From NCBI GenBank assembly GCA_964443315.1, contig CAYUCP010000003.1:1-45916 (forward strand): a stretch of DNA of 45,916 nucleotides, given 5' to 3'. Positions 8,170 to 17,200 of this stretch are shown here, piece after piece (positions within the stretch are counted from its first letter, which is position 1; the number at the start of each line of letters is the position of its first letter). The position numbers were made by a program, and so were the translations under genes. Below the pieces are notes generated by a model. That model searched no databases and was not told the origin of the DNA. It saw nothing but the letters and a program-made list of their open reading frames with translations. The stretch is from an uncultured Gammaproteobacteria bacterium. Its GTDB lineage: Bacteria; Patescibacteriota; Patescibacteriia; 2-12-FULL-60-25.

Positions 8170-8272
8170 CGGCTCAAACCGCGCACATTTGCCGCTGGAA
8201 TACCCCCAAAACGCATCCAGAACGCGCTGGGCGCGTCGAAACGCCTTGTCCCCGACAAATTCCCATGCGCTC

Positions 8273-8300
8273 AAAAATGCGCCAAAACGGGCGCATTTTT
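8273..8300. terminator. Bidirectional rho-independent terminator between convergent operons
   Basis: aaaaatgcgcc (8273..8283) pairs with ggcgcattttt (8290..8300); A/T runs on both sides. Confidence 0.7.
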
Positions 8301-8305
8301 GCATG

Positions 8306-8319
8306 TGCCAGTACTGGCA
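8306..8319. repeat. 14-bp perfect palindrome TGCCAGTACTGGCA, copy 2
   Basis: Read directly; abuts the stop of the last leftward gene; centres of copies 1 and 2 are 150 bp apart. Confidence 0.95.
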
Positions 8320-8320
8320 G

Positions 8321-8686
8321 TTAATCCACCAGCTTCAAATCGGCCTCGCCGCGCAGGTGCGCCCCGCCTGGCAAATACAAATCAATCACAAATCTCCCGT
8401 CTTTCAGGCTGTCGGTGGTCGCGCTGGGAATCACAGTCACGGGCAGCTGCGTCGCTGCGCCATCATCCAGCGTGAAAACAATCTCGCCCGCGCCGGCTTT
8501 TACGCCGTTCACCGACCCCCATCTTTCTGCGTTGATTACATCCACCGGCCAGCCCTCGATGCAATCGGGCGTTTCAATCTTCACTAATTTTGCGCCGGTT
8601 GGGATATACACACTTACGCCAACCTTTTTCCCAATTTCAACAGTTACGCTGTTTGGGCTAAATCCGCATCCGATCTTGTTGCTCAT
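8321..8686 (-). CDS. Small structural/tail-associated protein (beta-rich)
   Basis: 121 aa, last gene of the tail-fibre cluster. Confidence 0.55.
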   Translation of the reverse strand: MSNKIGCGFSPNSVTVEIGKKVGVSVYIPTGAKLVKIETPDCIEGWPVDVINAERWGSVNGVKAGAGEIVFTLDDGAATQLPVTVIPSATTDSLKDGRFVIDLYLPGGAHLRGEADLKLVD

Positions 8687-8695
8687 AATTTTTTT

Positions 8696-9976
8696 TTATG
8701 CTGATGGTGTTTTTGGCCCCAGCCCGCCATCGTAAACAGGCTCTTTAACAGTGTATGTCCCCCGCCCCTGGGTGATCACGTCGTAATTCGCAGGCGGCCC
8801 GGCGGCGCGCAGGTAATACGCTTTGATCTCCCACTCGTATGTGCCAGCAGTCATCGCGCGGGAAACCTCATCCGTGAACCCAAAAAGGATCGTATACGCA
8901 AACAAGTTGAGGCCATTCGACACCACCGCGTATGGCTTCACTACAATCTCGCTCGTGGCGGTTTTAAGATGCACCCGCACTGCGTGGGGTTCTTCCATGA
9001 GTGCCGCCAAATCGTATGGCACCGCTTCGCATGTAAGCTGAAGCGGGCGGTTTGGGAACGGCGTTTCGTTTGTGTAGCTGTCACCGCGAATAATCTCAAA
9101 TTCCTTGATGCTCACAACCGGCGTTTGCAGCGTCATCGTCATCACGCCCAGCATCCGCGTTTTTGCCTCGACCGCCGCCAGCACATCCTCAACCTTCGCA
9201 GGCGCGTAAATATCCATATTCACCGCGACGGCGCACGTCACATCCGGCGCGTCCACTGTTGCATCATCGGTGTGGAATTTGCAGATGAGCAAACCGGCGC
9301 GGTTGCCAATCACCGCGCTGGCCAGCACCCCAAAGGCGTAATAGCTCTTGGTTGTGCTGTTGTATTGCAGTGAGAGCGCGCCAAAATTGAAGGTGTGCCC
9401 AGTCGGGTAATCATCGCTCACCACGATGCAGTCTGCCGCGCACGTTGGCGCAACGCTCGGCTCAACAGCCGCACCGGCCTTTGTGAACTGCGCGGCCACC
9501 ATGTAGCGATCATCCGAGCGGATGCTGGCGGTGATGGGGATATGCCCGTTCCCGATCGCAACTGATGCGGAGACTTTGCCATCCGCTCCGTAATCCTGAG
9601 CCATGTTGTATAAATTAAACGTGTTTCCCTCGTTGCCAGTACTGGCAATGATCCGCATGTTCGCGTTGATGTTCCCCTGATAAAAGCTGATGGGCAATGT
9701 GCGGATGTCAATGGGTATCACTTGAACGTTTGCCGTGCTGGATTTGCCAGCGATGCGCACGGTGTCGTAGTTCATCTCCGCGGCGGTGAGCGCGATTTTG
9801 TATGTGCCGGGGGCGTTTGTCGCATCAACTTCCACGGGCGCGTTGGATGGCGCGGCGGCCACGCCATCCTGAATCAGTTTAATCGTGAGATTTGCCGCAT
9901 CCCCGGTTTTTCCCAGCCCCGTTGACACATCAACCACGCTGAACTGTATCGTAATCGCTTGATTTTTTACTGCCAT
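8696..9976 (-). CDS. Tail fibre / receptor-binding protein
   Basis: Start taken at MAVKNQAITIQFSVVDV (9976), right after the upstream stop at 9979. Beta-rich and sits in the fibre cluster. The track ORF start at 10234 lies inside the upstream gene. Confidence 0.55.
   Translation of the reverse strand: MAVKNQAITIQFSVVDVSTGLGKTGDAANLTIKLIQDGVAAAPSNAPVEVDATNAPGTYKIALTAAEMNYDTVRIAGKSSTANVQVIPIDIRTLPISFYQGNINANMRIIASTGNEGNTFNLYNMAQDYGADGKVSASVAIGNGHIPITASIRSDDRYMVAAQFTKAGAAVEPSVAPTCAADCIVVSDDYPTGHTFNFGALSLQYNSTTKSYYAFGVLASAVIGNRAGLLICKFHTDDATVDAPDVTCAVAVNMDIYAPAKVEDVLAAVEAKTRMLGVMTMTLQTPVVSIKEFEIIRGDSYTNETPFPNRPLQLTCEAVPYDLAALMEEPHAVRVHLKTATSEIVVKPYAVVSNGLNLFAYTILFGFTDEVSRAMTAGTYEWEIKAYYLRAAGPPANYDVITQGRGTYTVKEPVYDGGLGPKTPSA
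9634..9647. repeat. 14-bp perfect palindrome TGCCAGTACTGGCA, copy 3 (inside a CDS)
   Basis: Read directly (ttgccagtactggcaa, 9633..9648); encodes IASTGN. Confidence 0.95.
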
Positions 9977-9978
9977 TT

Positions 9979-10644
9979 TTATGCTCCATGCCACCAGCGC
10001 AACGCTGGCGAAACTCTGCGCGATAAAAGCCGCGCCAGCGGCACTCGCGGGTATTCGTATGCCTTTAGCGCTATTGCGCCGATGGTGGTTCTTCCATCCC
10101 CTGTTGTCGTAAAGCCCGGAGATGATATTTTTTGTGGGGCCCATGCCGTTGAGATTTTGGCGTTGGCCTGCTGCAATGAAGCAAATCCGCCCAGGGGCGC
10201 ATCGGCGCTCACGGTATTTGAACCAAGAGCGCACAGAGATGCAAACGTTGCTGATTGCATTTGTTCGGTTGTCGTTGGGTGTCCGCTGTTGGAATTAAAG
10301 TCCCACTTTGGCGCAAAGATGGGGGCATTCTGATCTACGCCGCCAAACAAAAAAAGCGTAACTGCTGCATCTGCGTTGCTCGTGCCAGCGTACGAATACG
10401 CTCCCGGCGGGGGCAGCTTGTCATCCAGCCAGTAATACATCGCCAAATACGCAGGCGCGTTGGTGGAAACAAACAACAGCGTGCCAGTCGCACTATTGAA
10501 TGACGCGGTTTGAGTTGGCTGCGCTCCTGCCCACATCGCAATGGAAGCGATCAACAGTCGTTTCTCGCCTCGCCCCGCTCCAATTGTGAGTGAGAACGAT
10601 CCACTCATGGACTGCCCGCTGGCCGTGTTTAACAGCTTGATCAT
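9979..10644 (-). CDS. Hypothetical tail/baseplate protein
   Basis: 221-aa ORF in the fibre cluster with a 4-nt overlap upstream. Confidence 0.5.
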   Translation of the reverse strand: MIKLLNTASGQSMSGSFSLTIGAGRGEKRLLIASIAMWAGAQPTQTASFNSATGTLLFVSTNAPAYLAMYYWLDDKLPPPGAYSYAGTSNADAAVTLFLFGGVDQNAPIFAPKWDFNSNSGHPTTTEQMQSATFASLCALGSNTVSADAPLGGFASLQQANAKISTAWAPQKISSPGFTTTGDGRTTIGAIALKAYEYPRVPLARLLSRRVSPALRWWHGA

Positions 10645-11231
10645 TGAATTGAATCAATCGTAGACAAAACGACTTCGACAGCAAACAACTGGGTGAACAG
10701 CGATCCATCCACAACCGCCCTTACCCGCATGGCCCCATCTGGTATTGCCACTGGCGCGTATATCTCCGCGCTGTCAAAGATTGTGTTTCCGGTTTGCGCA
10801 TTGGCAAGCGCGTCTTCAATTGTCGCGCTCGTGTTGGTGACTATGCTTGACACGCGCCCCCATTCGCAGCTTGCGGCGTTGCTGTTATCAATAAAAACAA
10901 TGTCGCCAGCGGTGATCCCGGTGGTCGAAGCCATTGCCAGCACGTTTTGGTCGGCGGCGCACGTTCCCAGCGTTTGAGACTGGCAGGCGGCATACGCAGT
11001 TGTGAAAATCGCAAATGGATGCCAGTGATTTCCGCTGGCGCGGTTTGAGGCTTCGAGCCGGATGTTCACCCCGGCGGTTGATGCGCTCGCCGACCTGCGG
11101 CCAAATCTGGCATTGATATATCCGCCTATTTTTGCGGAAACATCCACCGCGGATCCAACGATTACAGCATTTGCCGCCGCGCGGGTGAGCGTTATGAGTG
11201 TTTGATTGCCTGTTTTTGTGTAGCTTGCCAT
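10641..11231 (-). CDS. Hypothetical tail/baseplate protein
   Basis: Start at MASYTKTGNQ (11231), TAATG-coupled to the small upstream ORF. Confidence 0.5.
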   Translation of the reverse strand: MASYTKTGNQTLITLTRAAANAVIVGSAVDVSAKIGGYINARFGRRSASASTAGVNIRLEASNRASGNHWHPFAIFTTAYAACQSQTLGTCAADQNVLAMASTTGITAGDIVFIDNSNAASCEWGRVSSIVTNTSATIEDALANAQTGNTIFDSAEIYAPVAIPDGAMRVRAVVDGSLFTQLFAVEVVLSTIDSIQ

Positions 11232-11371
11232 TAGTTTGTGCCTCCAAAGGCGCGAACAATCACATCTTTCCACGCCACCCCGGAGTTGTTGTTCCCTAAC
11301 GGCACGGGGATATGATAAACAAGCCGCGCGTATGTCCCGCGCTGAACATCAAGTATGTGAACATTTGCCAT
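11231..11371 (-). CDS. Small protein (46 aa)
   Basis: MANVHILDVQRGTYARLVYHIPVPLGNNNSGVAWKDVIVRAFGGTN with a strong SD (gcaggagaaaa); below the track cut-off. Confidence 0.5.
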   Translation of the reverse strand: MANVHILDVQRGTYARLVYHIPVPLGNNNSGVAWKDVIVRAFGGTN

Positions 11372-11381
11372 TTTTCTCCTG

Positions 11382-13091
11382 CTAAATTGTCAAATCGCAC
11401 ACCGCCGCGGCGGTGAGAACAGCCACGCCCGTTCCGGTGATGGCGCTTATTTGCGCCTCCACGCTCACCGGCACGGTGATGGCAAAATCACTGTTGTTAA
11501 ACCCGCTCACGACCTGCGGTGTGATGGTGAGCGTGGCCGTCCCGGCGCTCAAAAGATTCACGCTGGCCGCATTCCCGCTTTTTGAGATGGTTGCCACCCC
11601 CGCGTTGCTGGTTGCAACGGAGGCGATGGTCTCTCCCGCGCTGCCGACCAGCGCGAGCGCGAGAGATGTGCCAGTTTTTCCGCTCAGGCTGGCAGGGGTC
11701 ACGCTGGGCCGGCTTACTTGTTTGAATCCAAACACATCCGAGCTTGCGCCCCCATCGTATTCAACGTAAAATATCCCGCCGTTGCACACAAAATCATCTG
11801 ATGCGTATGTGAAAGTAGCATTTCCCGATGTGTGCGTGATAACGCCACGCCGTGTTTCGTACGCGGATCCATCGCCCTTGTCAAACCAAGCCCGCACTTT
11901 TGTCACAGATTTCCCGGCCAGATTGGAAAACGTCATCAGCTGCGTTGTGTTGGTGTAATACGTGGCGGGGTTATTTAATGTGGGTTTAGAGGGTGTTGAG
12001 GATGTGACGGTCACGGTTACGCTGGCGGTGGCTGTGCTTCCATCCGCTCCGGTGGCGGTGATGGTGTATGTGGTTGTTGCGCTTGGCGATACTGTGCGCG
12101 AGTTTCCCGTGACTGTGCCGATGCCCTGATTGATGCTCACGCTGACCGCTTTTGTCACGGTCCACCGCAAAACCGTGGACCCGCCAGGGGGTATGGATGC
12201 GGCGTCGGCGGCAAATGAATCCACCCGCACATTGTTTGTTACGCTGCCCCCGCTGAGCGGAAACAGCGGATCAAATCCCGCGCCCTGCGCATCCACGCAG
12301 AATTTTTTGATAGTCGGCCAGTTTGCGGAGTGATTCATGGGAAACTCGCCGTCATAGTCGTTGTCAGCTATCCATGCGTACAGCCCGATGAGAGACAAAT
12401 TGCTCCCAAAAACCTCTTTTAGAACGCTCAAATAACCAGAATAAAGAGTGTCGCCAAACGGGGTGCTCTTTTCGGCAATTTCCTTGGCGCATCGCAGTTG
12501 CTTAAACGCTTGAATCACAAACCCGTATGAATATCCGCCCGCGCGGGTCAACCCCGCGGCCTCGCAGTTTTCTTTTAGCCATCGCGCCGCTTCCAGCACG
12601 GCATTGCCGCGTGTTCCTGCGCCATACGTGCGCAACGTGTTGATCCAGTCGCAGGCATTGTTTCCGTTGCAATACGCATCTACACTGTTAATGTTCGCCT
12701 TTACAGATGCGATAAATGGAACGCTCTCGGCGTTCGCGACAAGGTTCATCACAATTGGGATCGTGCTTACTTGGCGTATCGCATCTGCCATGTCTGTCAT
12801 TTGCGTCACGCTGATGCCGTTGAATGTCGGCTCGTCTGGCAGTAGCCAGAACTTAACTTTTGATGGGAAATACAGCATCCAATTCGCAATAATTGCTTTG
12901 GTGTCATCTTTGCTATACGCTCCGGCAAATTTTGGAATCACGGGTTTGTTGTATGTCGCAAGCCACGTCCGCACGCTTACATCGTTGATGTGATGCGCCT
13001 TGATGTCGTGCAGGTGGCATCCAAGCGCTCCCACCGGGTCGGTGTTGAGATAGTCGTTAAACGTCCAGGCAAAAATAGGTATATCGCTCAT
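11382..13091 (-). CDS. Tail-associated enzyme: N-terminal TIM-barrel-like glycoside hydrolase domain plus Ig-like (Big) repeats
   Basis: N-terminal about 290 aa contain WLLPDEPTFNG. These are followed by PPGGSTVLRWTVTKAVSVSINQGIGTVTGNSRTVSPSATTTYTITATGADGSTATASVTVTV and a Big2-like C-terminus. Confidence 0.5.
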   Translation of the reverse strand: MSDIPIFAWTFNDYLNTDPVGALGCHLHDIKAHHINDVSVRTWLATYNKPVIPKFAGAYSKDDTKAIIANWMLYFPSKVKFWLLPDEPTFNGISVTQMTDMADAIRQVSTIPIVMNLVANAESVPFIASVKANINSVDAYCNGNNACDWINTLRTYGAGTRGNAVLEAARWLKENCEAAGLTRAGGYSYGFVIQAFKQLRCAKEIAEKSTPFGDTLYSGYLSVLKEVFGSNLSLIGLYAWIADNDYDGEFPMNHSANWPTIKKFCVDAQGAGFDPLFPLSGGSVTNNVRVDSFAADAASIPPGGSTVLRWTVTKAVSVSINQGIGTVTGNSRTVSPSATTTYTITATGADGSTATASVTVTVTSSTPSKPTLNNPATYYTNTTQLMTFSNLAGKSVTKVRAWFDKGDGSAYETRRGVITHTSGNATFTYASDDFVCNGGIFYVEYDGGASSDVFGFKQVSRPSVTPASLSGKTGTSLALALVGSAGETIASVATSNAGVATISKSGNAASVNLLSAGTATLTITPQVVSGFNNSDFAITVPVSVEAQISAITGTGVAVLTAAAVCDLTI

Positions 13092-14287
13092 GTTAGTTTT
13101 AATACCAGCTTGTTTGCTGGAATTTGCGGCGGGGTTTGGCTGCTTTTAGTGAGCGCGTCCACATTTGGAACAACCCAGCATCGCGTTCCGCTGGCGCCAT
13201 CGCAAAGACCGATGCCATAGATCGGGATGGGCTGCGTGACCTGCGCCACATCCAGACTTGACAAGAAACTGTTGTTTGCGCCCGCCGCGCCCGCGCCCAC
13301 CGCGGCGGCGCAAATCATGATCCGGCCAGTCACAACCGGAAATGTGGACGTGTCGCGCGGGATTACGGCCTGTTTGTAATTTGTAAACGCGCTGAGGGCA
13401 ACCTCGCTTCCGTTCGCGTCCGTGAGAATCCCCACCCGATAATTTGCCCGCGTGAGGCTCATGTTGTTAAGCGCAACATTCAGATAATTGCGGGCCTCAA
13501 AATCTGTAAGCGCGTCCGCGTTAAACCGCGCCCTCATCCCGCCCGCCGGGATGTTGAATGTGCTGCCCGCGGCCACGCCGCGTTTGACCGCTCCGTTTGC
13601 CGGATCAAACTTTGCGCCAAACCAAAAATTGCCGCCGCTGGCCGCATCAAAAATGCCCCACCCCTCGATGTCGGCGGCCAACGCAAACCCCGTCCCGCTG
13701 CCTAGAAAAGAATCTGCCGCGCCTGCCGCGCCCGCCCCCGCGGCGATGGCATTTGCAATCTCGCGCCCGCTGGTCGCCAGCGGAAATTCGGTTGTGTTGC
13801 GGCTTTTGGCCGCCCGCTTGATGTTGCCCACACTGGCCGATGTGATCTCGGCGTAATCGTTTTTGTTGTTGATCCGGCTCATCAACGCAACGTAAATCGC
13901 GCTCGCGCTGGGAAGCGGCGTGGCGTTGAAAAAGTAATTCAACATCATCGCGCTGAAATAGTCGCTCACCACAAGCCCATCTCCCAACGTTTGAGCGAGG
14001 TCGCCATCTTGCGAGATGTTCAACTCAACTATCCGCGCCGCGCCTGCCGCGCCTGCATTCCGGCCACCGGCTATAAAAGGCATTTCTCGCTCATTCCAGC
14101 GCACCATCACCGCCGCGCCGGGGGCATACGTCGCGCCGCCAGGCATGGCTATATCCACCACGCTTGAATCGGCAAGCCTGACGCTGACCGTGCCGCCAGC
14201 CATGCGCAAAACAACCCCCGCCAGCGGCGCACGGCTGCCCTGCCGGTTGATGGCCCGGCCAAGCGATGAAGCGGGCAGCCTAGGCAT
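13088..14287 (-). CDS. Tail fibre-like protein with an internally duplicated domain
   Basis: 399 aa, Gly/Ala-rich, with two related segments (NYFFNATPLP... and NYLNVALNNM...); ATGA-type overlap downstream. Confidence 0.5.
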   Translation of the reverse strand: MPRLPASSLGRAINRQGSRAPLAGVVLRMAGGTVSVRLADSSVVDIAMPGGATYAPGAAVMVRWNEREMPFIAGGRNAGAAGAARIVELNISQDGDLAQTLGDGLVVSDYFSAMMLNYFFNATPLPSASAIYVALMSRINNKNDYAEITSASVGNIKRAAKSRNTTEFPLATSGREIANAIAAGAGAAGAADSFLGSGTGFALAADIEGWGIFDAASGGNFWFGAKFDPANGAVKRGVAAGSTFNIPAGGMRARFNADALTDFEARNYLNVALNNMSLTRANYRVGILTDANGSEVALSAFTNYKQAVIPRDTSTFPVVTGRIMICAAAVGAGAAGANNSFLSSLDVAQVTQPIPIYGIGLCDGASGTRCWVVPNVDALTKSSQTPPQIPANKLVLKLT

Positions 14288-17200
14288 CGTAGAACCCCCT
14301 CAGCTCCCACTGCCCTTTTAGCGCGTCCGGCGTGGCCGCCAGTGTTTTTTTTGTGATGACAAAATCGGTGGGCGGGAGTTGCGGCCATCCAGCGCCGGGC
14401 ATATATGAGATTGAGATCGCATCTTCGGGCTGGGCTTCGAGAATTCCAAATCCATCCATTGCCCGGCCCGCATATTGCTCTTTGAGACGACGCAGATAAA
14501 GCCGCGCTTCATCCACCGCTTGCGCCACTGTTTTTACCGCCCCCGCGCGGACGCTTACAAAACGATGGCCGTATTTCGCCAAAACGCCATCATCAATCCA
14601 TTCCCCGCTCGCGCCATCTCCGATGGCCTGCACCTGCCCGGCCATCGTCACCGAGTTCCCGCCGTGCGTGTCTCGCAGAATCAGCCCCGTCAACGGCGCG
14701 AGCGTATCGCGTTCCCAAAACGCGGAAAATTCAACGCCGCCATCTGCGGTGGCGCGATGACGCACATTGCGATCCCGCAGCAGCCCGTCTGCAATGATGC
14801 TGCTGATTGTTTGCTCATTCGTAAACGTGGTGTCGCCAATTTCTCCGCACAGCTCAATCATTCGCGCGGTGACGGTCTGAATAATCGGGCTGGAAATTTG
14901 AACCGGAGCGGTGTCGGTGTTCACGTATCCAATCGCTTCAAGATCAAATGTCCAAAGCGTTTGTCCCGCGCACTCCACGATGATCTCCGTGCCAGCGGCG
15001 ATAACGCGCAGGGCGATCTCGCCAACCAGATGGAAATCGCTCGCGGGCACATCCACCGCGCGCAAAACGCGCAGCCCGTTGGACGCGGCGATAACATCCT
15101 GAGTGGCGATCAGCCGGAGGGCGATCACACCCGGCGCGGGCTGAGAAAAGTCAACGCGATAATAGCCGCGCAGATATACGCTCAGCCACGTGTCTGCCGT
15201 TAGCGCAGCCGTCACGTCCATCGCAAAATCGCTCTGGTCGCGTTTTGAAATAGTCTTTGCCGTGTTTGCCTGCAACGTGGTTTGCAGAGTTCCCGCGTCT
15301 CTAAAACGCGGCTTGTGCATTCCGGCCAGGGCGCAAAATCGGGCGATTGCATCTTCCAGCGTGATAAATCGCCCGCTCCAAAATCCCGCTCGCTTTAGTG
15401 TGATCGCGGCGGGTTTCCCATCTGACCCTGCCGGATAGTAGGCCACCGGCTCATCTGGTTTGTGTGATGATTTTGGTGTGCCAAACGCCCCGCGCCCGCT
15501 GGCAATCACCATATCGCGCGGGTTCAGGTCGCCCTCGTATGTTGCCGCGCGCATTGCCCCCAGCGGCGTGTCGTATTTTGCCAGCGCGAGAGATGCGCCA
15601 GTTTTGCCAAACGCATACAGTTGTGTTTGCGTTTTGTCGTCTTCCGCGCTGAAATAGCCGTTGTCGCCCGAATTGCGGGTGGTAAGTTCGACCAAATCGC
15701 CAGCCCGAACCGCGCCAAATGGATCGCCCGCGTCCGGCGCGATGGCAGAAATCGGGCCATACTGCTCGCCCGGCAAAAAATATTTTGTCGGCGCGTGCAG
15801 CCATGTTTCAGTGATCGCGTAATTTGCGGATGTCAAATTCTCGCGCCACGCGGTGAAGCTCGTTTCCTCGTATCGAACGATCTCTTTTGCGCATATCATG
15901 TAACGGGCGCGGGAAATCCCGTTCGGCAACCCGTAAAAGCTCGCGGGCTTTTTGGCGATGAGCGCGGCCCGGCCAATGATGCGCCATGCGCTTGGCTCGC
16001 TTCCGCCATACCCCGGAGAACCGGACGGGATGGGGTTTGTAGGGTCCCACCCGCTGTTCATCAAGAGATGATTCACGCCATCAGACAGCACTAATCGGTC
16101 TGAATGCGCAGTGTTGTCGTCCGAGCTAATCCGGGCCGCCATCCCAATTTCCAATGCCGCGCGAAGAGCGTGAGGGTTGAGATGCAGCGTCAAGTCATCA
16201 CCAACTACTTTTTCTGTTTTCGCAGACGTGCACCAGGCATATCCATCCCCGGAACGGATGAACGCCTGACCGCTTATAACCCGGCTGTACACATCAAGCG
16301 CGGCCCCAAACTCATCAACTGTCGCGCAAGATATTTGCGTGTCGCCGATGATGTTTGTCACTGCGCGGACGTGGTTGTTAAAGCGCAATTTTTGGCCGAT
16401 ATGAACTTCGCTTGTAAACAGTGTCCCAACGCCGGTGACGGTGGCATTCACGCTTCCAGGCGGATATTCCACTTCTGTGACGACCCCTGTGAGCGGGGTG
16501 AGGTATGCGCTCGCCCGCGCCCCGTGCTTTGTTTGCGCGTCGCTAAGCTGCGCCTCTATGTCTTTGTAAAACGCACCCGCAAACGCGGTTTTGCTGGCAA
16601 AAACATCGTGCGCGAGAACGATGCCGCAAAATGGCCGCGCCCCATGCGCACGGCGGGTGATGCGGCTAAAACGAGCGCGGGTGATCAGCGTGTATTTTGC
16701 GTTCGCGGCGCATCCCGCGTAACTTTTGTCGCGCGGTTTGGCGTATATGCAGATGTATTCGCCAAACATCCGCACCGCAATTTCTGTGTCTGCGCCAGCG
16801 GGAATGCTGTAATCATTGTCAGTTGGGTAGGCCGCGTCCGCATCTTCAGTGATGGCCGTCGTCTCGCCGACCGCTTCGACCAGCGGCGACATGCGCTCCG
16901 CAACATCCCATCCCGCCGCGCCCAGCTTAAGTTTGCGCAAACGCGAGCGGGTTTGAGTGTGGCCCGTCCAGCTTGATTGTTTCGGAATGATCAAAACGTT
17001 GCCAGACGCGCTCAACCCATCGCCAGCGTCCACCGCGCCAAACACAACCCCAACCTGCCCGCGATGGTATTCATCATCGCAATCAGCCCGCACGATCAAC
17101 TCTGTCAGGAAATCTTCGTGCGCAAATGCGTCAAAATAAGCAAAAAAGGGATCGTTTAGTCCATCGTGCCGCAGCCCGCCCCCATCAACAATTCCCCACG

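Noticed and set aside
8170-8305. Possible tRNA or small RNA gene in the 136-bp segment between the two palindromes
   Set aside because: No cloverleaf arms or T-loop (GTTCRANYC) consensus can be found. The only clear structure is the bidirectional terminator.
14475-16976. Several 240-290-aa plus-strand ORFs (14475..15203, 16104..16976 and others)
   Set aside because: All lie inside the uninterrupted 1471-aa minus-strand tail gene. They are Arg-rich antisense frames.
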